Position numbers and translations under genes: made by a program. DNA of 37,665 bases from Sanchytrium tribonematis (taxonomy: Eukaryota): contig JADGIG010000028.1 of assembly GCA_018985235.1 (NCBI GenBank), positions 1-37,665 on the forward strand, written 5' to 3'. Shown one piece after another: positions 1 to 9,545 of the stretch (within the stretch, counting starts at the first letter, position 1; each line of letters starts with the position of its first letter). Under the pieces are notes generated by a model, which ran no database searches, had not been told where the DNA came from, and saw only the letters and a program-made list of their open reading frames with translations.

Positions 1-1060
1 GGTTATTTTCTGAAACACTAGATTCTGAAATAGGTCTATTAAATCCGATTAAATTTGGAGTTTTGTGATCAAGTCCCACAATTTTGTCCATAGTTCCAAA
101 TTCAATCAAGGATCTATTTATATCACTTGGAGAAATGCCCTCGCTCATATAAATACCTATTATGCCCGTTATATGAGGGGTAGACATACTTGTTCCTGAC
201 ATTTTCTTAAAGCTCTTGTTGCTCGAAACGTAAGCACTATAAATGTTTTCCCCGGGAGCATGAATGTTTACACAATTTCCCCAATTTGAAAATTTAGACT
301 TTTGGTCATTCACATTTGTGCTACCCACAGTTATCGCAAGAGGCTCACTACCAGGCGACTCTGAACAAGCGTCTATGTTGTCATTGCCGGCTGCTACTAC
401 AACTGGGATACCCATTCGCACTACTGCAGCAACTGCATCATTAAAGATATCGCTGTATTCCCCACCAAGCGACATATTTATAACAGAAGGCTTTTGAGTT
501 GAGCGCGCATCTCTTACAGCCCATTGCAACCCTTCTAATATGTCGGTGTCATCTCCATACCCTTCACTATTTAAAACTTTTACTGCAACTATATCCATCT
601 TTTTGGCAACTCCAAATAGCTTTCCGGCAATGGTGCCTGCAACATGAGTTCCATGTCCGTCTTCATCAATCTTTCCTTCTCCAGTTATGTCTACGCCAAA
701 CGAGGCTCTGCCTTGGAAATCTGCGTGATTGATGTTTACACCAGTATCCAGTACATAGGCTACACACCCTTTTCCAGCGGTATCTGGGTATATATATTTT
801 GAGTCTGTTCCTTTTCTCGAGTCTATCCTATCAAGACCCCAGCTTCTCGGATTTAGCTGAATTTCACGTTTATGGTATGTTCTAGATTTTAATATTCTTT
901 TCACTATTCCACTGTCCTGTAGTCTACTATGGTGAACTTTACTTAAAGTTTGGTGTATGGAAGCCCTAAAATCTCCTATAACTATATCGGCCGGTTCATT
1001 GCTATGTTTGGTATATTGCACAATGTATTTGCTGTATACGCATAAAATTATACACAACAT
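1..1060 (-). CDS. Subtilisin-like (S8, proteinase K type) secreted serine protease, 3' end outside window
   Basis: Not in ORF track (no stop inside window). Frame open from ATG 1060: short hydrophobic N-terminus, then WGLDRID, YVLDTG (Asp), DGHGTHVAG (His), NMSLGG, AAGN, SGTSMSTPH (Ser). Confidence 0.95.
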   Translation of the reverse strand, partial: MLCIILCVYSKYIVQYTKHSNEPADIVIGDFRASIHQTLSKVHHSRLQDSGIVKRILKSRTYHKREIQLNPRSWGLDRIDSRKGTDSKYIYPDTAGKGCVAYVLDTGVNINHADFQGRASFGVDITGEGKIDEDGHGTHVAGTIAGKLFGVAKKMDIVAVKVLNSEGYGDDTDILEGLQWAVRDARSTQKPSVINMSLGGEYSDIFNDAVAAVVRMGIPVVVAAGNDNIDACSESPGSEPLAITVGSTNVNDQKSKFSNWGNCVNIHAPGENIYSAYVSSNKSFKKMSGTSMSTPHITGIIGIYMSEGISPSDINRSLIEFGTMDKIVGLDHKTPNLIGFNRPISESSVSENN

Positions 1061-1321
1061 AGAAATAGACTTGAAATTCACTTATAAGTGAGAACTTTGC
1101 CCAATAAATATCACGTATGGTAAAATGGCTGCTATTTACTGTCTTGTGAATATAGCCGGACCACAGATGGCTTCATTATGGCGTAATAGGCTATTAAAAT
1201 CAGTGTAGAATTCAGCCGACTTAGCCATTCGGGCAATTCGGCTATAATTAGCACCAAATTGTCACAATTTGCTAATTATAATGCATTGTTCAACTTCATT
1301 TAATGTAATTTATTTTAAACT

Positions 1322-2120
1322 TTACTCTTGCATAGCATCAGCATTGGTTTTAGCTGTTTGTACTAGTTCAGATATCCAAGCCTGGTCTACCATATGGAAT
1401 CCATCCTTCAGAATTCCAATTTCCACAAGCATCTGCTTGTCCTTAACATCATGAACCTTGACCATTCTAAATCAAAATTATTTACATTTCTGCAACCAAC
1501 TTAATGGCATCATTCACGGTTACATCACAAGAAGATTCGCTAGAGGAAATTTTTTCTAATTCTGTCATAGCTAAATTGTTACCTTTACCGCAGGCAATTG
1601 CTCTATATCCATAACAAGTAGCATCTGGTTCAAGCATGCCCAAGTAATCCTCAGTTGCAATGAGGCTTGTGCAACCATATGGTCTTAAATGAGAATAAGT
1701 TATATATTGATGAGTTGAAAAAAGCATTTGATCAACTAAAGCTCGACCATGCGCATCTATTCCGTACCTTTCTTTGTGATTGTCTGCGATACTTTTGGCA
1801 TCTGCCAGCATCGCTAAACCGTCAGCATATATACCGCTCCAGCTCATAATAGCATTTTTAGATATTGGACGCACCTGACTGATAGTAGTTGAAATACTAG
1901 TACCATCAATCAAACCATTTCTGCCATACACTTTTGATTTTGAGGTATATTTCACCAGTTGATTCTGGATTAAATGCATATGACCCAAAACTATTCCATC
2001 TTTACATTTAATGCCAAGTGTTAATGGAGCATTTTCAATTGCTTTTTTCGCGTATTCAATCTGAAAAATTTGACCGTCAGGAGCATAGGTAGAAACACTG
2101 AAGTCGTAACCGCTTGACAT
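1322..2120 (-). CDS. PRE10: 20S proteasome subunit alpha7; intron 1467-1485; possible additional intron(s) 1875-1931
   Basis: MSSGYDFSVSTYAPDGQIFQIEYA, GIKCKDGIV, RPYG. Splicing 1467-1485 adds the expected C-terminus (AEIMVKVHDVKDKQMLVEIG...MQE, TAA). Confidence 0.92.
1467..1485 (-). other. 19-nt spliceosomal intron GTAAATAATTTTGATTTAG
   Basis: GT-AG ends; contains the in-frame TAA that truncates the ORF; removal restores the alpha7 C-terminus. Confidence 0.9.
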
Positions 2121-2166
2121 TATTGCAATTGTTTGAAGGATAATAAATTTATTAAAATTTTAATAA

Positions 2167-2433
2167 TTACTTTTTTTGTTTATTAAGAATTTGCAATAAC
2201 CTATTTTGCATCTTATCCAGGCGAGTCATAAAATCCTGTAATTCTTCTTTTAATAATTTGTTTTGAATCTTGATGGTATCATTTTCATCCTGTAAACGCT
2301 TCAATTGTTCTGTTAATTCTTCTACTTGTTGTTCTAAATCTTGCTGCTTTTCGAGTTTTTTTGCTCTACTTTTTCTAGCTGCTAACGTATTCTTTTTTCG
2401 CCTTTCTTCCTTCCCAGAGGGATTGGGATTCAT
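2167..2433 (-). CDS. Short bZIP transcription factor (Gcn4/CpcA-like basic region), 88 aa
   Basis: RRKKNTLAARKSRAKK basic region followed by a long leucine zipper; in-frame TGA three codons upstream of the ATG. Confidence 0.85.
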   Translation of the reverse strand: MNPNPSGKEERRKKNTLAARKSRAKKLEKQQDLEQQVEELTEQLKRLQDENDTIKIQNKLLKEELQDFMTRLDKMQNRLLQILNKQKK

Positions 2434-2704
2434 TGATTGTCACGGGCCCCCCTAACAGCAACTTTATGTACTTCCAGAAGTACACATGTACCTCCATATG
2501 GGATATCTATTGAATTATCTAGAAATCAAAACATATTTCGCACATGGATTTCGCAATTTCCATACTATTATTTTTTGACACAATCTAAATTCTCGCAGCC
2601 AATCAAATAATGATCGAGTGATACGGAGTATTTTAAATCACTTATCATTGGATAGATAATCTGACCGGAGAACATAAGAAGAAACTTGATCCAGAGGTTA
2701 CACG

Positions 2705-3037
2705 ATGAATCAGCTTCAACGTACTTGGATCGCCCAAAATAAATTGTCAACATCGTTTGATCCAAACATGGAAAATTATGAATACATTGACCAAGTTCTC
2801 CAATATATCCAATTAGGTCGTTTAGATTGTGACCAACTTATTAATGTGATACCTTTTTTCGTGCAATATGCACAAGTTCCTGGACAAGTTCCTAACTGTG
2901 AAAATATGTTTATCGGCCTTTGTGCCATTTTTGAAGTAAGACCTACCCAATTTCTTGCGTATCTGACTGGAAGAACGAACCAAGATGTGTATAATGCAAG
3001 ACGTTATGCTGTGGAATATATGTCTAAAGTTGAATAA
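2705..3037 (+). CDS. Uncharacterised 110-aa protein, paralog of 12659-13000
   Basis: Clear protein similarity to the ORF at 12659-13000; stop in TAAATTT context like other genes. Confidence 0.85.
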   Translation: MNQLQRTWIAQNKLSTSFDPNMENYEYIDQVLQYIQLGRLDCDQLINVIPFFVQYAQVPGQVPNCENMFIGLCAIFEVRPTQFLAYLTGRTNQDVYNARRYAVEYMSKVE

Positions 3038-3085
3038 ATTTTGTTGACCCTAAATAAATTCACGGGAGAATCTCAAACGAACAAG

Positions 3086-6000
3086 ATGTCATTTGTTCAT
3101 TTGCACTTTGATCAATTTTTAGATTATCATCAAAATTTAATTAATAGCAAAATTATTAATCCACAAAATGACGCCCCTGCAATGGAACACTACATAAGTG
3201 TTATCCAAATGGAAGGCTTAAATGTTCCTTTAAAGGATGTTGTGAAGGTCAAATTCAATAATCAAGACTACATCTCCAAGTCTGATGCAGATACATCAAT
3301 GAACAATTATTTTAGGCAGTCTATTTATTATCTCAATTCTTTAAAAGATTCTGCTGAAATACCAGAGAATGTTCTTGCAACCTTACTCGATGTCTACATC
3401 AAATTATTTGATCATTTGTATTACTTTATGATAACCATTGATCAGCATGCTATTCAATGGGATAAATCTATGATTTATAGATACATGGAATTCACTTTGG
3501 ATCAAATGGACCGAATTGCAATGATTTTGATACATAATCCTTTTTCACCATCGAAAGAAATGCTTGAGCAATGGATTACAAAACTTATAGATTATCCTTC
3601 TGTTTCTTATCCCATGCTGATGATTCTTTTTAATTGGATCATAGAATGTGAGTCAATATCCATGTTTAAACAATGTGTCAACCAAATTGTAGACACACCA
3701 GAGAACCATTTGATTAAAAACATGCTATTACTTCCTCTTACGATCGAGCCACCTTCTAGATTTGAGTTGTTCACTTCCTTCAGGGACTACCTCAAACATA
3801 CAATTAATCACAATGATCCATTAGTACGCGTGAAGCAGCTTATTCACTACCAGCAAGATTATGTCACATCTAAAAAATTTAATGATGAATATTTTATAGT
3901 CTTGGACACATTTGTGCTTATTTTGTTTGATAATTACAGCAAACAAATCAGAACACTTCACGATAAAGATCTAATTGCGCTACTCGAAGTGCTGTGTATT
4001 ATTTATCGAAATAGAGTCTCTTTTACTACTTTTTTTACAGGTAAAGGATTATTGATACTTCAAGTTTTACAAGATTTAAAAATTTCACATCTCAAGTCAC
4101 CAGGGTTGTTTTACTTGAAATTATTTGCAAACATCAGTCAACACCCAGATAACATAGATTATGTATATAACTTTATAAAACACTCCAGAGGCATTTTAAA
4201 CATTGACGGAATGATCAAATCTGTTGATCAATTTACGACGATTTCTTGCAGTGACTTGGACTACGCTATTCTGCAGCCAATGATTTCCATTATTGGAAAT
4301 GTTCATTCATACGTAAATGATGATACACTCATTATTAATTTGATAAAACTAAGTTGCACCAGTGCACCACAGGATTTCAAAAATACAATTTACACTTCGC
4401 TTGGGAATCTACTTACCCCCTTTAATTACAAAGACATTGTATTCTATATTGTCAACACTAAAACATACACTGCTCTATTAGACTTACAAAATCCACTACC
4501 ACTTTTGCAATTGATTGAAAAATGTTTTGAATTTCCTTTTCACATGAATAATTTGAATGACTATCCACTTATAGTTGACTATACGATTCAGTTGTATCTG
4601 AAAGTGTATACTTTGAATAACCCTTTGAAGGTATTACATTCTATTTTTAAAATATTTGCTCGATGCTTACTCAGTTACCAAAACATTTCTCACAATGAGC
4701 TATTGCAACATCATCCGGGACATTTGATTTGTAATCAATTTCTCACTTTCCACAAAAATTCAAAACAAATGCGCCAAATATTACTAGATACCTTTCAAGA
4801 CATCAGAAAGCAAACCCAATATACGTGCGTGGATGCGTTTATACCAGATTGTCTTTATGAAATGCTTCGATTCACACATTCGCTGCTTGGAAGTCAAGAA
4901 CATTTTACTTTGTACAAAGGATCAATCAGTGCTACAAGCATTGAATACATTACAGATTATCTCAACCATCACAATTTCGTTGATTATTTGCTAGAGTGGA
5001 TTCATTTCCATGATCACGAAAATATTTCCACACTATCTATTTTTAATCTGTGTTGGTTCAAGACATCAAAGATAAGTGTTGATGTTTTAGAAAGATTTCA
5101 AGAAGATCTTCTATTGTATCCTGATCATAAAGTAGAATATAATGAATATGCTCACTTTTTTGATTACACCAACAAAACCCCAATATTTATTTACAATCCT
5201 CATTTTTTACAAAATGTCAATATTACTTCTCAGGAACTATTGGTTAGCTTTTTCTTGTTCTGCTTTAGAAATGAATACAAGATTGTCAACCAATTATTAG
5301 GATTAAATTCAAATGCAGATGTCTTTGTAGATTTTATCCATGCCATGCTACAAGTCCATCCACATGATTATGACTCGTTAGAAATGGATCAAAAAAATGA
5401 ATCTTTATTTGCACTAATTTATTATGGCTTGAAAACGAATCATGCATATTATTACACAAGTGGTTTTTATGATTTGCATATCCACGTTTTAAAATCAGAT
5501 GACTCAGACTATTATGCGTTGTTAATGAAATCTTGGTCCATTCAATCTAGCATGTTTTATTTAAATCAAAATAGCATACTCGCACTTAGTGATATTAGCC
5601 TCAAAATTCTAATCTTTGTGATCAACACAAATCCACAAATTTACATTATGAATCTCTTGAAACATATTCATAACACTACCAATGTGACTGAACCCAATCT
5701 GACGATACAAGATATTGTTCAACTTGATATTCCATCAGAATTAATGTCGCAATATTTTGTAAATCATACGTATTATCGTCACTTACATAAATTAAAATCA
5801 ATTTATCACAACGCATCTCAATTTGTTATGTCGTCTATTGCCAATTATTTGTATTATTTAAGTGACTATATGCAGCACAATTCTGCGCAAGATTACTCAA
5901 AATGGTATAATCAAGTGATTGGAATCATTCATCACATTTTGCAAATGAATCAATATCCAGAGTATTCTAGTGCATTGCTACTGAGCTGCAATCACTTTGT

Positions 6001-7332
6001 ATATATTTATAGTCAATCGCATTCTCACAAATTGCAAATTAAAGAATATTATTCATATTTGAGTATTCATAAAATGATGGATCCACAGTCCACTGCTTTA
6101 CTCTCTAGCGCAATGATTTACAATCATATATTAACAACTCAGACTAGTGTTGTACCAATTACTATAAAAGGAAGAGGGGAATTTACAAATTATCACGCGA
6201 TACAGCATGATTCTACAGATGGGTGTATTCAAGATTTATTGGATTTAGTATATAGCCAGCAAAATGAAACTAGTAGTGCATATTTACATTTGCTACAGTT
6301 GCTTCTTCTTCAAAAACCATGTGTTGTAAATATGACCAAATTGCTTAATTTGTTTAATCACGGGATGAATCCCGCTTTAATAGCGCATATTCTTACTTTG
6401 GTTGATTCAAATCAAATTAAACATCATTTGAAGCAAATTAAAATTGAAATGCATGAAAATATACTAATTAAAGATGATACATTGACATTTAAAGCATTAT
6501 ATAAACTAACCCCATTTATCAAATGCGCTAGTATTTTATTAAACAAATGTATTAAAAGCAACCAATCTGAATTACTTCTCGATATTCACCATATACTTCA
6601 AGAATGTTCCCCCATTTATTTTTATAGACAGGTGGAATACACAAATGATATTGAATTATACATTAAATTGATGTTTACTTTAAATTATTTTTGCAAAGCG
6701 TATTACACTCAAGAATTTGCAAATCACTCAAAATTATTTATTCATGAGAGCGTTTGCGACTTGACTTTGATTCAAATTCTTGTTAACTGTAGTATCCAAA
6801 AGCTGCGACAATTTAAACAAGAATGGAGTGAAATTTATAAAAATGCGGTGCTTAGTACTTTTTATATGTTTAAGAGTGCTCTGGTGTTGATGGTACAAAG
6901 AATGTGTTATTCGAAATATGTTTTAGATACGGAAGCTTTGACAAGCATTGTTGATTTATTTCTATATTTATATAGAATATATCATGACAAACTTCAAAGC
7001 ATTAAGCATGAAGACATCTCACTGGTAATTGTTAATTGATTTAGTCGGATTTAAAGCTTTATTATCCTGGAAATGTTTACAATGACAAGCAGGACTTTGA
7101 AAATTTGTTGAGGGCGTATAAGCCGAATACTAAAGAAATGGAGCCTGTTTTTGAATGGATATTTGGAGAAATTATAGAAGGTATGGAGTTGATTGGGTCA
7201 TTATTATTGAAATTTACAATTTATCAGCAAAATACTGAGGCAAGAATTTTGATGATGAAAATGGACATAATTAAAAGTGATTATCTAACAAAAATCAGGC
7301 AATTATTTAAAATGGTAAATGAGAGAGTGTGA
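3086..7332 (+). CDS. NUP192: Large alpha-helical protein (~1408 aa), probably nucleoporin Nup192/Nup205; intron 7025-7044
   Basis: Long ORF from ATG 3086 joined in frame to the 7105-7332 ORF by a 20-nt intron. LIKLSCTSAPQDFKNTIYTSL, HHPGHLI and LLVSFF...IVNQLLGL resemble Nup192/205 blocks as I recall them; highly diverged. Confidence 0.6.
7025..7044 (+). other. 20-nt spliceosomal intron GTAATTGTTAATTGATTTAG
   Basis: Phase 0; contains the in-frame TGA; removal gives EDISL|SDLKLYYPGN...LLRAYKP in frame with the downstream ORF. Confidence 0.88.
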
Positions 7333-7333
7333 T

Positions 7334-8320
7334 TTATTTGTCCAGGTTACCTAGTAAAAATTGATTGAAATATCTTCTTGCAGTTAAATTTGGAAAATCC
7401 AACTGATAATTGTCTTTGTTTGCATACGATAATATTCCTAATTCAAATAGTACCTTAATAGCCCGTTTTCTATCCATTTGTGACAATCTTAAATCACAAA
7501 GCTCCTCTGGTGGAATCGAAAGTGAATCTTCATGGAGGGAGAGCCAAATATTTTTGATCTCATTTTTGTTTATCATCTTCTTTGCATAAAAAACTTGCTC
7601 ACTATTCAGCATTGGAGGAATACATGAGAAAAAATGGGTTGGATTTTCGATGAGTAACCTTGTAAGGAATGGGTGCGAGATAATTTCGTCACCAAAAATG
7701 TAACCACTTACGTTTTGGCGAAGTAAATCCAAGATATACTTGCTGTCCATTGATTGAAAGAACGAATTGGATTTCAATTGAGGAAGAACTTGGGTTTCTA
7801 ATTCGTTCATGGTATATCCACAGACACCTCCCCAATTTCTATTAAAAGTCAAGTCTAGAATAGGCAAGTCCAAGCCTTTTATGACTTTAATCACTTCAAT
7901 CAATGAGCTTGAGGTTAGTATCAAACAATTAGACTTTTCGTATATTAAATTTAGTTTTTCAATCACTTTAACCACCTTGTCTTCAATGTTCCTATTTCTT
8001 AAAATATGTTCAACAATGAAATAATTTAAATCATTTATAATTATGGTTTCACCATTCTTGAGTGGTTTAAAGTCCAGCAGTTGACTCCCATGAATTATTT
8101 TTATTCTTGGCTGTATAATACTTTGACTGTTAGCTTTTTTCAAAGCCTCTGAACCTTGGAATAAAAAATTGCGATTGTCGAAGGAATTATTCCATGCAGA
8201 CAATGATTGAATAGCGGAATCAAGGTAAAATTGAGGGGGTCTGAATATATGCAAAACAGTCTTTCTGTTGAGTTGAATATGCTCAAGTACCTTAATGAGA
8301 TATCTCGTTTTATCAATCAT
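7334..8320 (-). CDS. Degenerate bacterial-type 'AAA-ATPase-like' (PF09820-type) protein
   Basis: Motif order IDKT, RPPQF (for RPRRFGKS), LFQG, CGYTMNE, SGYIFG...SHP, LFELGILS, LDFPN follows the family pattern. First in-frame ATG at 8320. Confidence 0.6.
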   Translation of the reverse strand: MIDKTRYLIKVLEHIQLNRKTVLHIFRPPQFYLDSAIQSLSAWNNSFDNRNFLFQGSEALKKANSQSIIQPRIKIIHGSQLLDFKPLKNGETIIINDLNYFIVEHILRNRNIEDKVVKVIEKLNLIYEKSNCLILTSSSLIEVIKVIKGLDLPILDLTFNRNWGGVCGYTMNELETQVLPQLKSNSFFQSMDSKYILDLLRQNVSGYIFGDEIISHPFLTRLLIENPTHFFSCIPPMLNSEQVFYAKKMINKNEIKNIWLSLHEDSLSIPPEELCDLRLSQMDRKRAIKVLFELGILSYANKDNYQLDFPNLTARRYFNQFLLGNLDK

Positions 8321-8439
8321 CACTTTCACAATGAAATTAACATGTGACAAATTGGACGTCAGAGGGTCGTCTGATGACTGTATTTGCCACTATGGTGTCA
8401 TATTCAATTGTTAAAGGTCATTGAGGAGTTTTATGAAGC

Positions 8440-8678
8440 ATGATTCAAATAAAGAAGAAAAGCTTAACAAAATTAGAGGTTATGCATATGACGTTTGATA
8501 AAATGAACAATGCATTCGAAGGAGAAAATTTAAGAAGACAAACGTTGCTCAATACGGTGGTCAGCTACTTTTTAGAGACTGATGAGATTCTAGTGCATCA
8601 AATATTATATGACAGAAGTAATTTACGATTAATATAGCATCATATTTGTATGGTGAAAATATGCTTCGGAATTCATAA
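8440..8678 (+). CDS. Candidate small hypothetical gene or gene remnant with a 20-nt intron 8618-8637
   Basis: GTAATTTACGATTAATATAG fits the local intron consensus; splicing extends the ORF to TAA 8676-8678 in TAAATTT context. 5' end uncertain. Confidence 0.4.
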
Positions 8679-8759
8679 ATTTAATTTGTAGATAGAATTA
8701 CTTTAATAAACACTTCAATGTAATAGGGGACATATTTTCTAAATTAGATTAATTTTAAT

Positions 8760-8832
8760 GGGGAATTAGCTCAATTGGTAGAGCGTTCGCTTTGCATGCG
8801 AAAGGTACAGGGATCGAAGCCCTGATTCTCCA
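8760..8832 (+). tRNA. tRNA-Ala (anticodon TGC), intronless
   Basis: Acceptor GGGGAAT/ATTCTCC + A; D arm GCTC/GAGC; anticodon arm TTCGC-TTTGCAT-GCGAA; T arm CAGGG-ATCGAAG-CCCTG. Confidence 0.97.
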
Positions 8833-8837
8833 TTTTT
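8833..8837 (+). terminator. RNA polymerase III oligo-dT terminator
   Basis: TTTTT directly after the tRNA discriminator base. Confidence 0.8.
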
Positions 8838-8954
8838 GCTTTAATTCATTCGAACCCGAATTCGTTAGAGTCTAGTAATGTTTCTTAATATTTGTATTCT
8901 TCGCATCAATATCAAAGCAAGCACATTTCACCAATTTTTTGTAACTAGGGAGGG

Positions 8955-9530
8955 ATGACGAGCGCTAGAAATGGCAAATTAATTGTTGTTGAGGGAATCG
9001 ATCGATCTGGTAAATCCACTTTAGTTCAAAGACTTTCTGAGCATTTTGATTGCATTAAATCAGGATTTCCTAACAGAAATACGCCTATTGGGAAGTTAAT
9101 TAATCAAATATTAACAAGGGAAGTTGTAGTTGATGATATAAATGCCATACACTTGCTCTTTACTGCCAATAGATGGGAATTGCAAACCCAATTATCCGAG
9201 TGGTTGAAGAATGAAAATGTGATTTTGGATAGATACATTTATAGTGGAATTGCGTATAGTGTTGCACAAGGAATCGACTTGGAATGGTGTCTTGAGAAAG
9301 AGACAGGACTTCTTGTCCCAGACAAAGTCATCTATCTGGATCTTGATGCCAAAGTAAGTGCTGAGCGAAAAGGATTTGGAGATGAGTTATATGAAAAGGA
9401 GAAATTTCTTAGCTTGGTGACTGAGGCATTTAAAATTCAAAAAGATAAAAACTGGATGTTTATAGATGCTACTAAGAGCATAGATGAAGTTTTTGAAGAG
9501 GCGGTTTCATTTATAAAGGAGAGTAAGTAA
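8955..9530 (+). CDS. CDC8: Thymidylate kinase
   Basis: P-loop EGIDRSGKST, FPNRNTPIG, HLLFTANRWE, DRYIYSGIAYS. Confidence 0.97.
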   Translation: MTSARNGKLIVVEGIDRSGKSTLVQRLSEHFDCIKSGFPNRNTPIGKLINQILTREVVVDDINAIHLLFTANRWELQTQLSEWLKNENVILDRYIYSGIAYSVAQGIDLEWCLEKETGLLVPDKVIYLDLDAKVSAERKGFGDELYEKEKFLSLVTEAFKIQKDKNWMFIDATKSIDEVFEEAVSFIKESK

Positions 9531-9545
9531 ATCTATGCTATTAGT

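Noticed and set aside
264..732. Plus-strand ORFs here and other short antisense ORFs in the track
   Set aside because: Shadows of confidently identified genes on the opposite strand or in another frame.
2452..2471. 20-nt GT-AG segment upstream of the bZIP and a read-through-like TGA-CAA-TCA context
   Set aside because: Even spliced and read through, that frame has no upstream ATG before another stop.
8323..8341. 19-nt GT-AG segment upstream of the AAA-like ATG
   Set aside because: Poor 3' consensus, and splicing links to no upstream ATG.
8433..8500. Antizyme-like +1 frameshift at GTT-TGA-T
   Set aside because: The downstream frame lacks recognisable antizyme motifs.
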